This document shows, piece by piece, positions 42,914 through 51,034 of a DNA stretch of 55,304 bases (position 1 is the first letter of the stretch; every line of letters starts with the position of its first letter). This stretch comes from Thiotrichales bacterium 35-46-9. GTDB taxonomy: Bacteria; Pseudomonadota; Gammaproteobacteria; Thiomicrospirales; Thiomicrospiraceae. Location of the stretch: contig NCFI01000001.1 of assembly GCA_002281095.1 (NCBI GenBank), positions 1-55,304 on the forward strand, read 5' to 3'. The notes under the pieces are model-generated. The model was not told where the DNA came from. It ran no database searches and saw only the letters and a program-made list of their open reading frames with translations. Both the position numbers and the translations under genes were made by a program.

Positions 42914-45160
42914 CTATCCCTTGGGCGCATGCCGTGGCTTGCGTGGTTTGTCTTTTTTCATCGCATCGCCAGCCCGTTCGGTATATTTGGTGAGAAAAGT
43001 TTGCTGACCAAACTTCTTACCGGTGCGCTTGCCTTCGCCACCCGCCTCGCCCGTACCGGCAGGTTGCCAGGTTGGAATGAGATGGTGCTTGCCATTACCA
43101 ATCAAGTCGGCTCGACCCATTTTTTTCAACGCTTCACGCAATAACGGCCAATTTTCGGCATCGTGATAACGCAAAAAGGCTTTGTGTAAACGACGCTGTT
43201 TCATCCCTTTAGGGCTGAATACCCGTTCGTTTTCATCGCCTTCACGCAAAATTTTACGCAAGGGGTTTTTGCCACTGTGATACATAGCCGACGCCAGCGC
43301 CATCGGACTAGGTAAGAAGGCTTGCACCTGATCGGCACGGAAACCATTGCGCTTTAACCACAAGGCTAGGTTCATCATGTCCTCATCATTCGTGCCTGGG
43401 TGAGCGGCAATGAAATAAGGGATAAGATACTGTTCTTTGCCCGCTTCAGCAGAGAACTTATCGAACATGGCTTTGAAATTATCATAAGCGCCCATTCCCG
43501 GCTTCATCATTTTCGACAAAGGACCGGTTTCGGTATGTTCAGGCGCGATTTTCAGGTAGCCGCCCACGTGATGTTGCACCAGCTCTTTCACATATTCGGG
43601 CGTTTCTACCGCTAAGTCGTAACGCAGTCCAGAGGCAATGAGCACTTTTTTGATACCGGGCAAAGCGCGCGCTTTACGATACAAATGCACCAACGGCGTT
43701 TGGTCGGTATTGAGGTAACGACAAATCACTGGATGCACGCACGACAAACGACGACAGTTACTTTCGATGCGCTCATCCTTACAAGCCAATCGCCACATAT
43801 TCGCCGTTGGCCCACCCAAATCGGAAATGACGCCAGTGAAGCCTTTAACGCGATCGCGAATTTCCTCCACTTCACGCAAAATCGATTTTTCCGAGCGGTT
43901 TTGAATAATGCGCCCTTCATGCTCAGTAATGGAACAGAAGGTACAACCGCCAAAACAGCCGCGCATGATATTGACGGAAAAACGAATCATCTCCCAAGCA
44001 GGAATGCGGGCATCGCCATAACTGGGATGAGGTGCACGCGCATAGTACAAATCGAACACGCCATCCATTTCGGGTGTAGTGAGCGGATAGGGAGGTGGCG
44101 TTAGCCACACTTCTTTATCGCCATGACGTTGCACCAAGGCGCGCGCATTGCCGGGATTGGTTTCTAAATGAAATACACGCGAGGCATGGGCGTAGAGCAC
44201 AGGGTCGTCTCTGACTTGCTCGAATGAAGGCATACGAATAACGGTCAGTTCTCGTGGATGAAAACGGGGAATTTGGCTGGTAATATGCACTACCGTCAGC
44301 CCATTTTGTTCGTCGATGCTTTGTGACTGAGTGACGGTTTTACCGGCGTTAGTTTGCTCAACGTCGGCCGTTTTAGCTTTATTGTCTTCGCAACTGGCTT
44401 CTGTTTGCATGGCATAGGGGTCGATATGGGCATCGATTTTACCGGGCGTATCCACTTCAGTCGAATCCATCACCACAAAGCCTTCTGGTACGCGATTGCG
44501 CACAAACACCGTGCCGCGCACATCGGTCATCTCTTTGGGATGCTCGCCTTTAGCGATGCGATGCGCCACTTCAACCAACGCACGTTCGGCATTACCGTAA
44601 AGCAAAATATCCGCCTTACTGTCCATAATAATGGAGCGACGCACCTTATCCGACCAGTAGTCGTAGTGAGCAATGCGACGCAAGCTGGCTTCGATACCAC
44701 CAATGACAATCGGCACCTCTTTGTAAGCTTCACGACAACGCTGTGAATAAACGGTTACGGCACGATCGGGGCGTTTGCCATGGGCATCGTTGGGTGTGTA
44801 GGCATCGTTATGGCGTAAACGACGGTCGGAGGTGTAATGATTGACCATCGAATCCATGTTACCCGCCGTCACACCAAAAAACAGATTGGGTTGACCCAGT
44901 GCCTTAAAAGCTTCAGCCGAAGTCCAGTCTGGCTGAGCAATGATGCCAACACGAAAACCCTGCGCTTCTAACACACGACCAATCACCGCCATACCAAAGC
45001 TGGGGTGGTCGACATAAGCATCGCCTGTCACCAAAATAATATCGCAACTATCCCAACCGAGTTCATCCATTTCGGCACGGCTCATCGGCAAAAAGGGCGC
45101 CGTACCAAAGCGTTGCGCCCAGTATTTGCGATAAGAAAAGATATTTTTGGCGACGAACAT
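42914..45160 (-). CDS. ygiQ: YgiQ-family radical SAM protein (UPF0313)
   Basis: [34 protein letters not shown]-terminus, radical [12 protein letters not shown] cluster motif and a basic C-terminal tail. ATG 45160 chosen. Confidence 0.88.
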   Translation of the reverse strand: MFVAKNIFSYRKYWAQRFGTAPFLPMSRAEMDELGWDSCDIILVTGDAYVDHPSFGMAVIGRVLEAQGFRVGIIAQPDWTSAEAFKALGQPNLFFGVTAGNMDSMVNHYTSDRRLRHNDAYTPNDAHGKRPDRAVTVYSQRCREAYKEVPIVIGGIEASLRRIAHYDYWSDKVRRSIIMDSKADILLYGNAERALVEVAHRIAKGEHPKEMTDVRGTVFVRNRVPEGFVVMDSTEVDTPGKIDAHIDPYAMQTEASCEDNKAKTADVEQTNAGKTVTQSQSIDEQNGLTVVHITSQIPRFHPRELTVIRMPSFEQVRDDPVLYAHASRVFHLETNPGNARALVQRHGDKEVWLTPPPYPLTTPEMDGVFDLYYARAPHPSYGDARIPAWEMIRFSVNIMRGCFGGCTFCSITEHEGRIIQNRSEKSILREVEEIRDRVKGFTGVISDLGGPTANMWRLACKDERIESNCRRLSCVHPVICRYLNTDQTPLVHLYRKARALPGIKKVLIASGLRYDLAVETPEYVKELVQHHVGGYLKIAPEHTETGPLSKMMKPGMGAYDNFKAMFDKFSAEAGKEQYLIPYFIAAHPGTNDEDMMNLALWLKRNGFRADQVQAFLPSPMALASAMYHSGKNPLRKILREGDENERVFSPKGMKQRRLHKAFLRYHDAENWPLLREALKKMGRADLIGNGKHHLIPTWQPAGTGEAGGEGKRTGKKFGQQTFLTKYTERAGDAMKKDKPRKPRHAPKG

Positions 45161-45301
45161 AACCGATTCCTTGGGGTAGCCCATAAACATTTTATTATTG
45201 AAAGTATGGATATTTTACCGCATTTACGGCATCATCAAGTCATTAAAAAAACATTTATAAACCTCGCAACAAGGAATACGTATGAAAAAAAACCACTACT
45301 G

Positions 45302-45733
45302 ATGTTACTGGCTGCCTTATCCATGAGCGCCAGCGTTTACGCCGATTATGTTCAACCCAACATTCAACACGAAGCCTTTGGCAAGCAAAAAGTAGCTTAT
45401 CAAATGAACACCGGCGATGACCAAGAGCAGCTACAGATCATTAAATATGTGAATAATCACATGCAAACCGTCGGTAAAGAGAATATGGAAGTGCAAGTGG
45501 TGGTATTTGGTGCTGGCATGAGTTTGCTACAATCTGGCGACGAAAAACTGAACAAAGCCATTGATGCTATTCGCGCTAACGGCGTCAAAATCGCTATTTG
45601 TAATAACACGCTGCGCAATAAAAATATTGATTGGAAAACGCTATACGGTGTGAAAGAAAGTGACATCGTGCCCGGTGGTGTGGCGGAATTGGCTTACTTA
45701 CAGCAAAAAGGCTTTGCTTACATTAAGCCTTAA
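45302..45733 (+). CDS. Secreted DsrE/DsrF-like family protein (COG1416-type). Start ambiguous because of an A8 tract
   Basis: The mature part (KVAYQMNTGDD...VVVFGAGMSLL...GVKIAICNNTL...GVAELAYLQQKGFAYIKP) matches the DsrE-like pattern, including the conserved Cys. The first in-frame ATG is 45302. A better SD+ATG at 45282 is one base out of frame. Confidence 0.7.
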   Translation: MLLAALSMSASVYADYVQPNIQHEAFGKQKVAYQMNTGDDQEQLQIIKYVNNHMQTVGKENMEVQVVVFGAGMSLLQSGDEKLNKAIDAIRANGVKIAICNNTLRNKNIDWKTLYGVKESDIVPGGVAELAYLQQKGFAYIKP

Positions 45734-45746
45734 TGCAACAAAGCAC

Positions 45747-45774
45747 CCAAGGAAACCCTAACGGGTTTCCTTGG
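45747..45774. terminator. 12-bp hairpin between convergent genes (overlaps the DUF2892 stop codon)
   Basis: CCAAGGAAACCC-TAAC-GGGTTTCCTTGG. There is no clear U-tract, so terminator function is tentative. Confidence 0.45.
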
Positions 45775-46036
45775 CCTCAGTCGGTTGACAGCTGGGCGCA
45801 TCGCAAGCGACACCGCAAGCCACACACTCCCCTTTGCCATTCTTAAACATCGGGCAAAACCCAGTAAAGGTCGCTTGAATGGCGTTGGCACTCATCGCCA
45901 GTACAATCCAAAATAACCAATCCTCAGTCAAATTAATATGACCAACAAAATGCGCCACAATCACCAAAGTCGCCATCGCTATGGCAAAAAAACGCAACGG
46001 ACGATTCGCTTTCACCACAATCATCGTATCACTCAT
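45758..46036 (-). CDS. DUF2892 (YgaP-like membrane domain) protein with Cys-rich C-terminal tail
   Basis: ATG 46036 is preceded by AAGGAG. Two TM helices and the FTGFCPMF motif typical of DUF2892. Tail GECVACGVACDAPSC. The longer track ORF to 46165 lacks an RBS. Confidence 0.7.
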   Translation of the reverse strand: MSDTMIVVKANRPLRFFAIAMATLVIVAHFVGHINLTEDWLFWIVLAMSANAIQATFTGFCPMFKNGKGECVACGVACDAPSCQPTEAKETR

Positions 46037-46224
46037 CGCAAACACTCCTTTATAAATTAACCACGGCAGTAACAAAAAAGCTAGATGCCTGACCACGCCC
46101 ATTAAAACCGCGCCAACGGGCAAAATAGCAAGGCGCAAGGCGCGCAGACTCAAGGAGTGTACCACAGTACATGACGCAGAGCGAGCACCGCAGTAACGCC
46201 GCTAGATGCCTGTTGGTGCGAGTT

Positions 46225-46776
46225 TTAACCTTCCCAAATCACCGTACGCCCAATATCCCGCGAATCTAGGTGCATCCAATTGGGTGTGCCTCCATAAAAG
46301 CCCATACCAACCCCTTCATGAAACTTGACCTGCTTCATCCAGCTAAACAACACATCGGTTGGCACACCGGGAATATGAAAATCAATCGCCTGCCCTTTCA
46401 TGTGGTAGCTTTGTAACGCACCGCCCACTTCTCGATTAGTTTGCCAAGTACGAAACGCACTGTGTACCAAAAAGGTCGGGTTAAGCACCCCCGCTTGCGT
46501 TAGCGCCACGCGAATGCCATCCATAATGTCTAGCAAGCGCACATCAATAACCGAGGCTTGATCGGCTTTCACATCACGCATGACATGGCAAATTTGCCGA
46601 TAAGCTCGCTCGTCCAACACCCCATTGCGCTTATAAACAACCGACAGCACCTCACCCGATTGCGGCCGTTTCAAGTTCAGCCAGCGCCCAGTTTGTTTGG
46701 CCTGAGCGGGCAAGGCACTGGGCAACAACAAACTGGCGGTCAAGGTTTTCAGAAACAATCGACGATCCATGCTCAC
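46225..46776 (-). CDS. DUF882 / peptidase M15A-family protein (YcbK/MepK-like peptidoglycan endopeptidase), Tat-exported
   Basis: Twin-arginine signal MDRRLFLKTL...ALPAQA. SAFRT...N, the YHMKGQAIDF His/Asp zinc motif and WMHLD. Confidence 0.8.
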   Translation of the reverse strand: MSMDRRLFLKTLTASLLLPSALPAQAKQTGRWLNLKRPQSGEVLSVVYKRNGVLDERAYRQICHVMRDVKADQASVIDVRLLDIMDGIRVALTQAGVLNPTFLVHSAFRTWQTNREVGGALQSYHMKGQAIDFHIPGVPTDVLFSWMKQVKFHEGVGMGFYGGTPNWMHLDSRDIGRTVIWEG

Positions 46777-46785
46777 AAGTCCAAC

Positions 46786-46998
46786 TTAATGAATGACTAA
46801 ACGCACCGCCGCGCCTTGTAATCCGTGTTGTAACGACATAATGATGTCCATTTCTTGCTGACTGCGCGTCAGCGGATCGGTTGCTTTAGCGCCCGTTACC
46901 AGCACTTGCCACACGTGCTGCGCATCTTGACTGGCCTCAATATGCACCTTGTCGCCCAACACGCGTTGGCAAATATCGGTAATTAGCAGCAAAGACAT
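46786..46998 (-). CDS. Hypothetical 70-aa protein
   Basis: The ORF exactly fills the gap between the PhnA-like gene (2-nt spacer) and the DUF882 gene (9-nt spacer). No SD and no family recognised. Confidence 0.4.
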   Translation of the reverse strand: MSLLLITDICQRVLGDKVHIEASQDAQHVWQVLVTGAKATDPLTRSQQEMDIIMSLQHGLQGAAVRLVIH

Positions 46999-47000
46999 GA

Positions 47001-47576
47001 TTAAGCTTTTTTGGTGTACGCAGACACAATAACAATCGTCGTACCGTTAATTTTCCCTTCGATGTGTTTCGGATTGCTGGTTAAATGAATGTTTTTAACC
47101 AGCGTACCGCGTTTGGCGGTAAAGTTCATGCCTTTCACATCTAAGTCTTTAATCAGCATGACGCTATCCCCTTCCGACAATTCCATGCCATTACTGTCCC
47201 GCGGCTTGGGGTCATCGTCATCGCTCGCCTGGCTTAGTCCTGCTTCTGCCCAAGCTCTCACCTCTTCTTCTAAATAAGCGGTGTCGAGCAAATCTTGCGC
47301 CCAAGTCACCCCACCTTCCGCCAAGGTATGCGCCATACGATAAGCGACCACTTGCACCGCCGCAACTGGCGACCAAATCGCTTCGCTTAAAAAACGCCAT
47401 TGGTTAGCGTCAAGGTTAGCAGGGTCGGCAATCGCCGCTGCCAATGGCGCACAGACCAGAATATGACTGTCCGCTGAGTCATCTTTACCCGTCACGGCCA
47501 CCATCACTAAATCATCACAGGCTTCACCCGACAATTCACAACGTTGTTGGCTACGCGCCAGTAATTCCTGCATCAT
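47001..47576 (-). CDS. PhnA-domain protein (long form, non-zinc-ribbon N-domain)
   Basis: C-terminal DSNGMELSEGDSVMLIKDLDVKG...LKRGTLVKNI.L...HIEGKI.G..IV pattern of the PhnA/YjdM C-domain. The roughly 120-aa N-domain is distinct. Confidence 0.75.
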   Translation of the reverse strand: MMQELLARSQQRCELSGEACDDLVMVAVTGKDDSADSHILVCAPLAAAIADPANLDANQWRFLSEAIWSPVAAVQVVAYRMAHTLAEGGVTWAQDLLDTAYLEEEVRAWAEAGLSQASDDDDPKPRDSNGMELSEGDSVMLIKDLDVKGMNFTAKRGTLVKNIHLTSNPKHIEGKINGTTIVIVSAYTKKA

Positions 47577-47658
47577 TACTTATTTCCTAAAAGGCTTTTC
47601 TTCAAACTTGTATTATAATCGACTGCACAAAATAACCCCTAGTATTCAACATAACACT

Positions 47659-48135
47659 ATGACATTAAAACCCATCACGCCGGAAGGCTATCGCCAACTG
47701 AAAGCCGAGCTGGATCAGCTTTGGTATCAAGAACGCCCCGAAGTGACCAAAATTGTGCAGTGGGCGGCCGGATTAGGCGACCGCTCAGAAAACGCCGACT
47801 ATCAATACAATAAGCGCCGCTTGCGTGAAATTGATCGTCGTGTACGCTTTCTCAGCAAACACCTAGAAGAAGTGAAAGTGGTGGACTATCACCCGCAGCA
47901 GGAAGGCAAAATTTTCTTCGGTGCTTGGGTAACCCTTGAAGATGAACAAGGCGAAACACTCAGTTTTCGCATCGTCGGACAAGAAGAAATTTATGGACGT
48001 GACGATTACATCTCGCTGCACGCTCCGATGGCCAAGGCTTGCCTAGGCAAAGCCGTCGATGATGAAGTAGTGGTTAAGCTGCCAGCAGGAGATCAGGTTT
48101 GGTTGGTGGTCGATATTCGCTATCAGGTTAATTAA
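47659..48135 (+). CDS. greB: Transcription elongation factor GreB
   Basis: ITPEGYRQLKAELDQLW.ERPEVTKIVQWAAGLGDRSENADYQYNKRRLREIDRRVRFL is near-collinear with E. coli GreB. ATG 47659. Confidence 0.93.
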   Translation: MTLKPITPEGYRQLKAELDQLWYQERPEVTKIVQWAAGLGDRSENADYQYNKRRLREIDRRVRFLSKHLEEVKVVDYHPQQEGKIFFGAWVTLEDEQGETLSFRIVGQEEIYGRDDYISLHAPMAKACLGKAVDDEVVVKLPAGDQVWLVVDIRYQVN

Positions 48136-48172
48136 CCGCATCGGTAACTTACTAACGCATTGAAAACAGAAA

Positions 48173-48193
48173 ACCCCGCTATGGTAGCGGGGT
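48173..48193 (-). terminator. Rho-independent terminator of the chemoreceptor gene (between convergent greB and mcp)
   Basis: Stem ACCCCGCT / AGCGGGGT with a 5-nt loop. On the minus strand it is followed by TTTCTGTTTTC. Confidence 0.75.
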
Positions 48194-48219
48194 CTTATCG
48201 ACAAACAAATTACTTTGAG

Positions 48220-50358
48220 TTACTTCAGTTTGGGTACACGGGCAAAACCAGAGCCACTTACCTGAAAAAACGACATACTTTGCTGCAAACTCTCTACCTG
48301 ATGGTGCATGCTGGCGGCACTTTGTGTCGTCTCCGCCACTACTGCCGCATTGGTAGAGGTTACACGTTCAATCAACTCAACCGAATGAGTCACTTCATCA
48401 ATGCCCTTTGCCTGTTCGACCGAAGCACTGGCCAGTGACTTCATAATACCCGTCACTTCATCCACAGCAGCAGCAATTTGATTCAGCACTTCACCTGAAC
48501 GATCTGCCAGCTCGGTGCCCACCTCAATGCGGTTAACACTGTCTGTAATTAAGGCTTTAATATCACGCGCCGCATCTGCCGATTTACCCGCGAGTGCGCG
48601 TACTTCGCTGGCAACAACGGCAAAACCACGACCATGTTCACCTGCACGCGCAGCTTCCACTGCCGCATTCAAGGCAAGCAAATTCGTTTGGAAAGCAATG
48701 CTATCAATTAAACTCACAATGTCACTAATTTGATGACTGGAAGCCCGAATGGCCGACATAGCTTCGATAGTTTGCGACATAACACGCGAACCTTCATTCG
48801 CTTGCAGACGAACCTGATCCGCTTTATTCGCAGCCAATTGCGCTTGTGATGTATTAGCCTTTGCCACCTGATTCATGTGTTGCATAACACTCGCGGCCTG
48901 TTCTAACGCATGAGTTTGTTGCGCCACACTACTAGAAAGCGATTGCGCACCGTTAGAAACCTGCTCGGCATCCACAGCAACCACTTGCGCTGCTTGACTA
49001 ACTTCCGTTACCACTTGTGCTAACTTTTCTGAAGTGGTATTGACTGCCGTCGCTAAGGCCATCAAACGCCCTTCGTAGATGCCTGAAACTCGACGTGACA
49101 AGTCACCCGATGCAATGGCGTCCAGCACACTAGCTGACTCATCGATGGCTCGCTCAAGCATGAGAGTGCGCTCGCTGCGCGTAATATCGTTAGCTAATTT
49201 CACTATTTTATAAAGTTCACCCTGCTCATCCAGTACTGGATTGTAACTGGCCTCCAACCAAACAGGCTCGCCCTTTTTATTAACACGTTTTAATGTGCCA
49301 GCCACTGACTGTCCTTGTAACAATTTTTGCCACATTTGCTGATATTCAGCTGAGGCTGCAAAGTCGGCATCAACGAGCATTTTATGATCTTTACCCAGTA
49401 TCTCTTGTTGTGAGTAACCAAATACTTTCAGAAATATGTCGTTAGTCGATACAATTTTTCTGTTTAAATCAAACTCAACCACGGCCATAGAGCGCTGTAC
49501 TGCTTCAATTTGACTAGCATAATCACGATTCTCACGGCGGCGTTCTTCCATGCGTTCACCCATTTGATTAACGCCTGAAACCAGCTGTTCAATTTGCCCG
49601 TGAAAATCACCACTGGCTCGCACTTGATAATTACCCTTAGTAAACTCTGCCACGGTATGAGATACCTGACCAATACCTTGTTGCAACGAGGCCAACAAGC
49701 TATTTAAGGCATCATTGGTAGGTGAACGGTAGGCGCCATCAACACGCGCCACATACTCTCCCGTTTGCGACACTTCATTAATCACCAAGGCAGCAGCAAT
49801 ATTACTATCCTGCTCTTTGCGCATACTGATTGAGAAGTAGATTAACACCGCTGATTCTGCTACGACAAATGCAGCGTGTAAGAAGGTAATTCCCCAACTA
49901 CAACCATTGCTAAAAGCGACAATCGGCATGCTACCCAATGTTGCACCTTGCATTTGTAAATAGGTAAACAACAGATGATGAACCGCAATGACCGCCGCTG
50001 GAACCACCACGGTTAACCAATCACGGTAGAGCAGCATAAACGCCAAGGCCATAAAAATATGGAAGTGCATTTCGATACGTCCCATCTGCGCCTGAATCAA
50101 AATGGCAGACAGTACCATAAAGCCAGCGCCGGCTAAGACACCAAACCAGCGCGAGCCTTTCAGCATGAAATAACCAGCAACAATAATAACGGCAAAAATT
50201 AGGCTCGCCACAATCGCAAAGCTAGAAGTACCAAAGCCCATGGGCGCCAAAAACATGGTAATGGGCAAATGGGCCAAACTCAGTCCTAGCACCAGCTTAT
50301 CTATTTTTAAACGATTTTGATCATGTTCTGCCGCTAAGGCTTGTGTTAATTGAATCAT
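48220..50358 (-). CDS. Methyl-accepting chemotaxis protein with six-TM His-rich N-terminal module, HAMP-like linker and PAS domain
   Basis: C-terminal MA domain (IAFQTNLLALNAAVEAARAGEHGRGFAVVASEVRALA). PAS region (VVEFDLNRKIVSTNDIFLKVFGYSQQEILGKDH...). About 185 N-terminal residues form six hydrophobic helices. Confidence 0.9.
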   Translation of the reverse strand: MIQLTQALAAEHDQNRLKIDKLVLGLSLAHLPITMFLAPMGFGTSSFAIVASLIFAVIIVAGYFMLKGSRWFGVLAGAGFMVLSAILIQAQMGRIEMHFHIFMALAFMLLYRDWLTVVVPAAVIAVHHLLFTYLQMQGATLGSMPIVAFSNGCSWGITFLHAAFVVAESAVLIYFSISMRKEQDSNIAAALVINEVSQTGEYVARVDGAYRSPTNDALNSLLASLQQGIGQVSHTVAEFTKGNYQVRASGDFHGQIEQLVSGVNQMGERMEERRRENRDYASQIEAVQRSMAVVEFDLNRKIVSTNDIFLKVFGYSQQEILGKDHKMLVDADFAASAEYQQMWQKLLQGQSVAGTLKRVNKKGEPVWLEASYNPVLDEQGELYKIVKLANDITRSERTLMLERAIDESASVLDAIASGDLSRRVSGIYEGRLMALATAVNTTSEKLAQVVTEVSQAAQVVAVDAEQVSNGAQSLSSSVAQQTHALEQAASVMQHMNQVAKANTSQAQLAANKADQVRLQANEGSRVMSQTIEAMSAIRASSHQISDIVSLIDSIAFQTNLLALNAAVEAARAGEHGRGFAVVASEVRALAGKSADAARDIKALITDSVNRIEVGTELADRSGEVLNQIAAAVDEVTGIMKSLASASVEQAKGIDEVTHSVELIERVTSTNAAVVAETTQSAASMHHQVESLQQSMSFFQVSGSGFARVPKLK

Positions 50359-50359
50359 A

Positions 50360-50971
50360 CTAGTCTCCGACCTGCTGTAAACGCCGATAATCCGCCACTA
50401 TCTGCTCGGGTAAAAATTTATCCCCACTGTAGATGAGTGTAACATTGCCTTGTGACGAAATCATGAAAATATCGCCAGCATGCTCTACTTTGTAATCATT
50501 TTGTTGCCAAGCCCCTATTTTGGAAAAAGGTTGATGGTAACTATTGGCAACAGCTTGTATTTCGTCTAACTTTTGACCGCTAATGGCGACAAAGTTGGCT
50601 CCTAAATTAGATGCCAAAGCAGAAAAATCTTCTGCACTATCTCGCTGAGGATCCAAAGAAATGAGCACGGCAGTGACTGGCTCATCTTTCAAGGCTTGCA
50701 TAACATGAAACAGCGTCACCCATTGATGCTGACAAAAACCATCACAGCGTAAATAACCAAAATACAGAAACACCGTTTGTCCACGAAAATCGACCAAACT
50801 TGGAGAAAGTCCTTGTTGCGTCGTTAATTGAAATTCCGGTGCAGGTTCATTTACCCAGCGCCCATGATAGTCACTGTGCGTTATCCAAGATAATAACAAC
50901 GGCAGGCTAAAAGCCAGCAACAGCATCGACAACAGCAATGAGAAGGCCCAGAAGGGTTTGTGCTTTGACAT
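50360..50971 (-). CDS. SCO1/SenC-family thioredoxin-fold protein (membrane-anchored)
   Basis: N-terminal TM anchor, FGYLRCDGFC (CxxxC) and a distal His in YKVEHAGDIFMIS, matching the SCO Cys-Cys-His copper site layout. Confidence 0.75.
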   Translation of the reverse strand: MSKHKPFWAFSLLLSMLLLAFSLPLLLSWITHSDYHGRWVNEPAPEFQLTTQQGLSPSLVDFRGQTVFLYFGYLRCDGFCQHQWVTLFHVMQALKDEPVTAVLISLDPQRDSAEDFSALASNLGANFVAISGQKLDEIQAVANSYHQPFSKIGAWQQNDYKVEHAGDIFMISSQGNVTLIYSGDKFLPEQIVADYRRLQQVGD

Positions 50972-51034
50972 AACGAAAGAATATCCTGAGATGATGCGTA
51001 TTATCTTAACGCCAATTCACGTAAAATAGGGCGC

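Noticed and set aside
45005-45301. Long N-terminal extension of the DsrE-like ORF (track ORF 45005-45733, 242 aa)
   Set aside because: The first roughly 95 codons run antisense through the 5-prime end of ygiQ and its promoter region, have no RBS, and encode no recognisable domain. The real gene begins at the signal peptide (see the A8 finding).
49804-50358. Assigning the chemoreceptor membrane module to the MHYT sensor domain
   Set aside because: The architecture (six TM helices with intramembrane His) is reminiscent of MHYT. However, the Met-His-Tyr-Thr-type motif is not repeated three times (only EMHFH resembles it), so I cannot support the assignment without a profile search.
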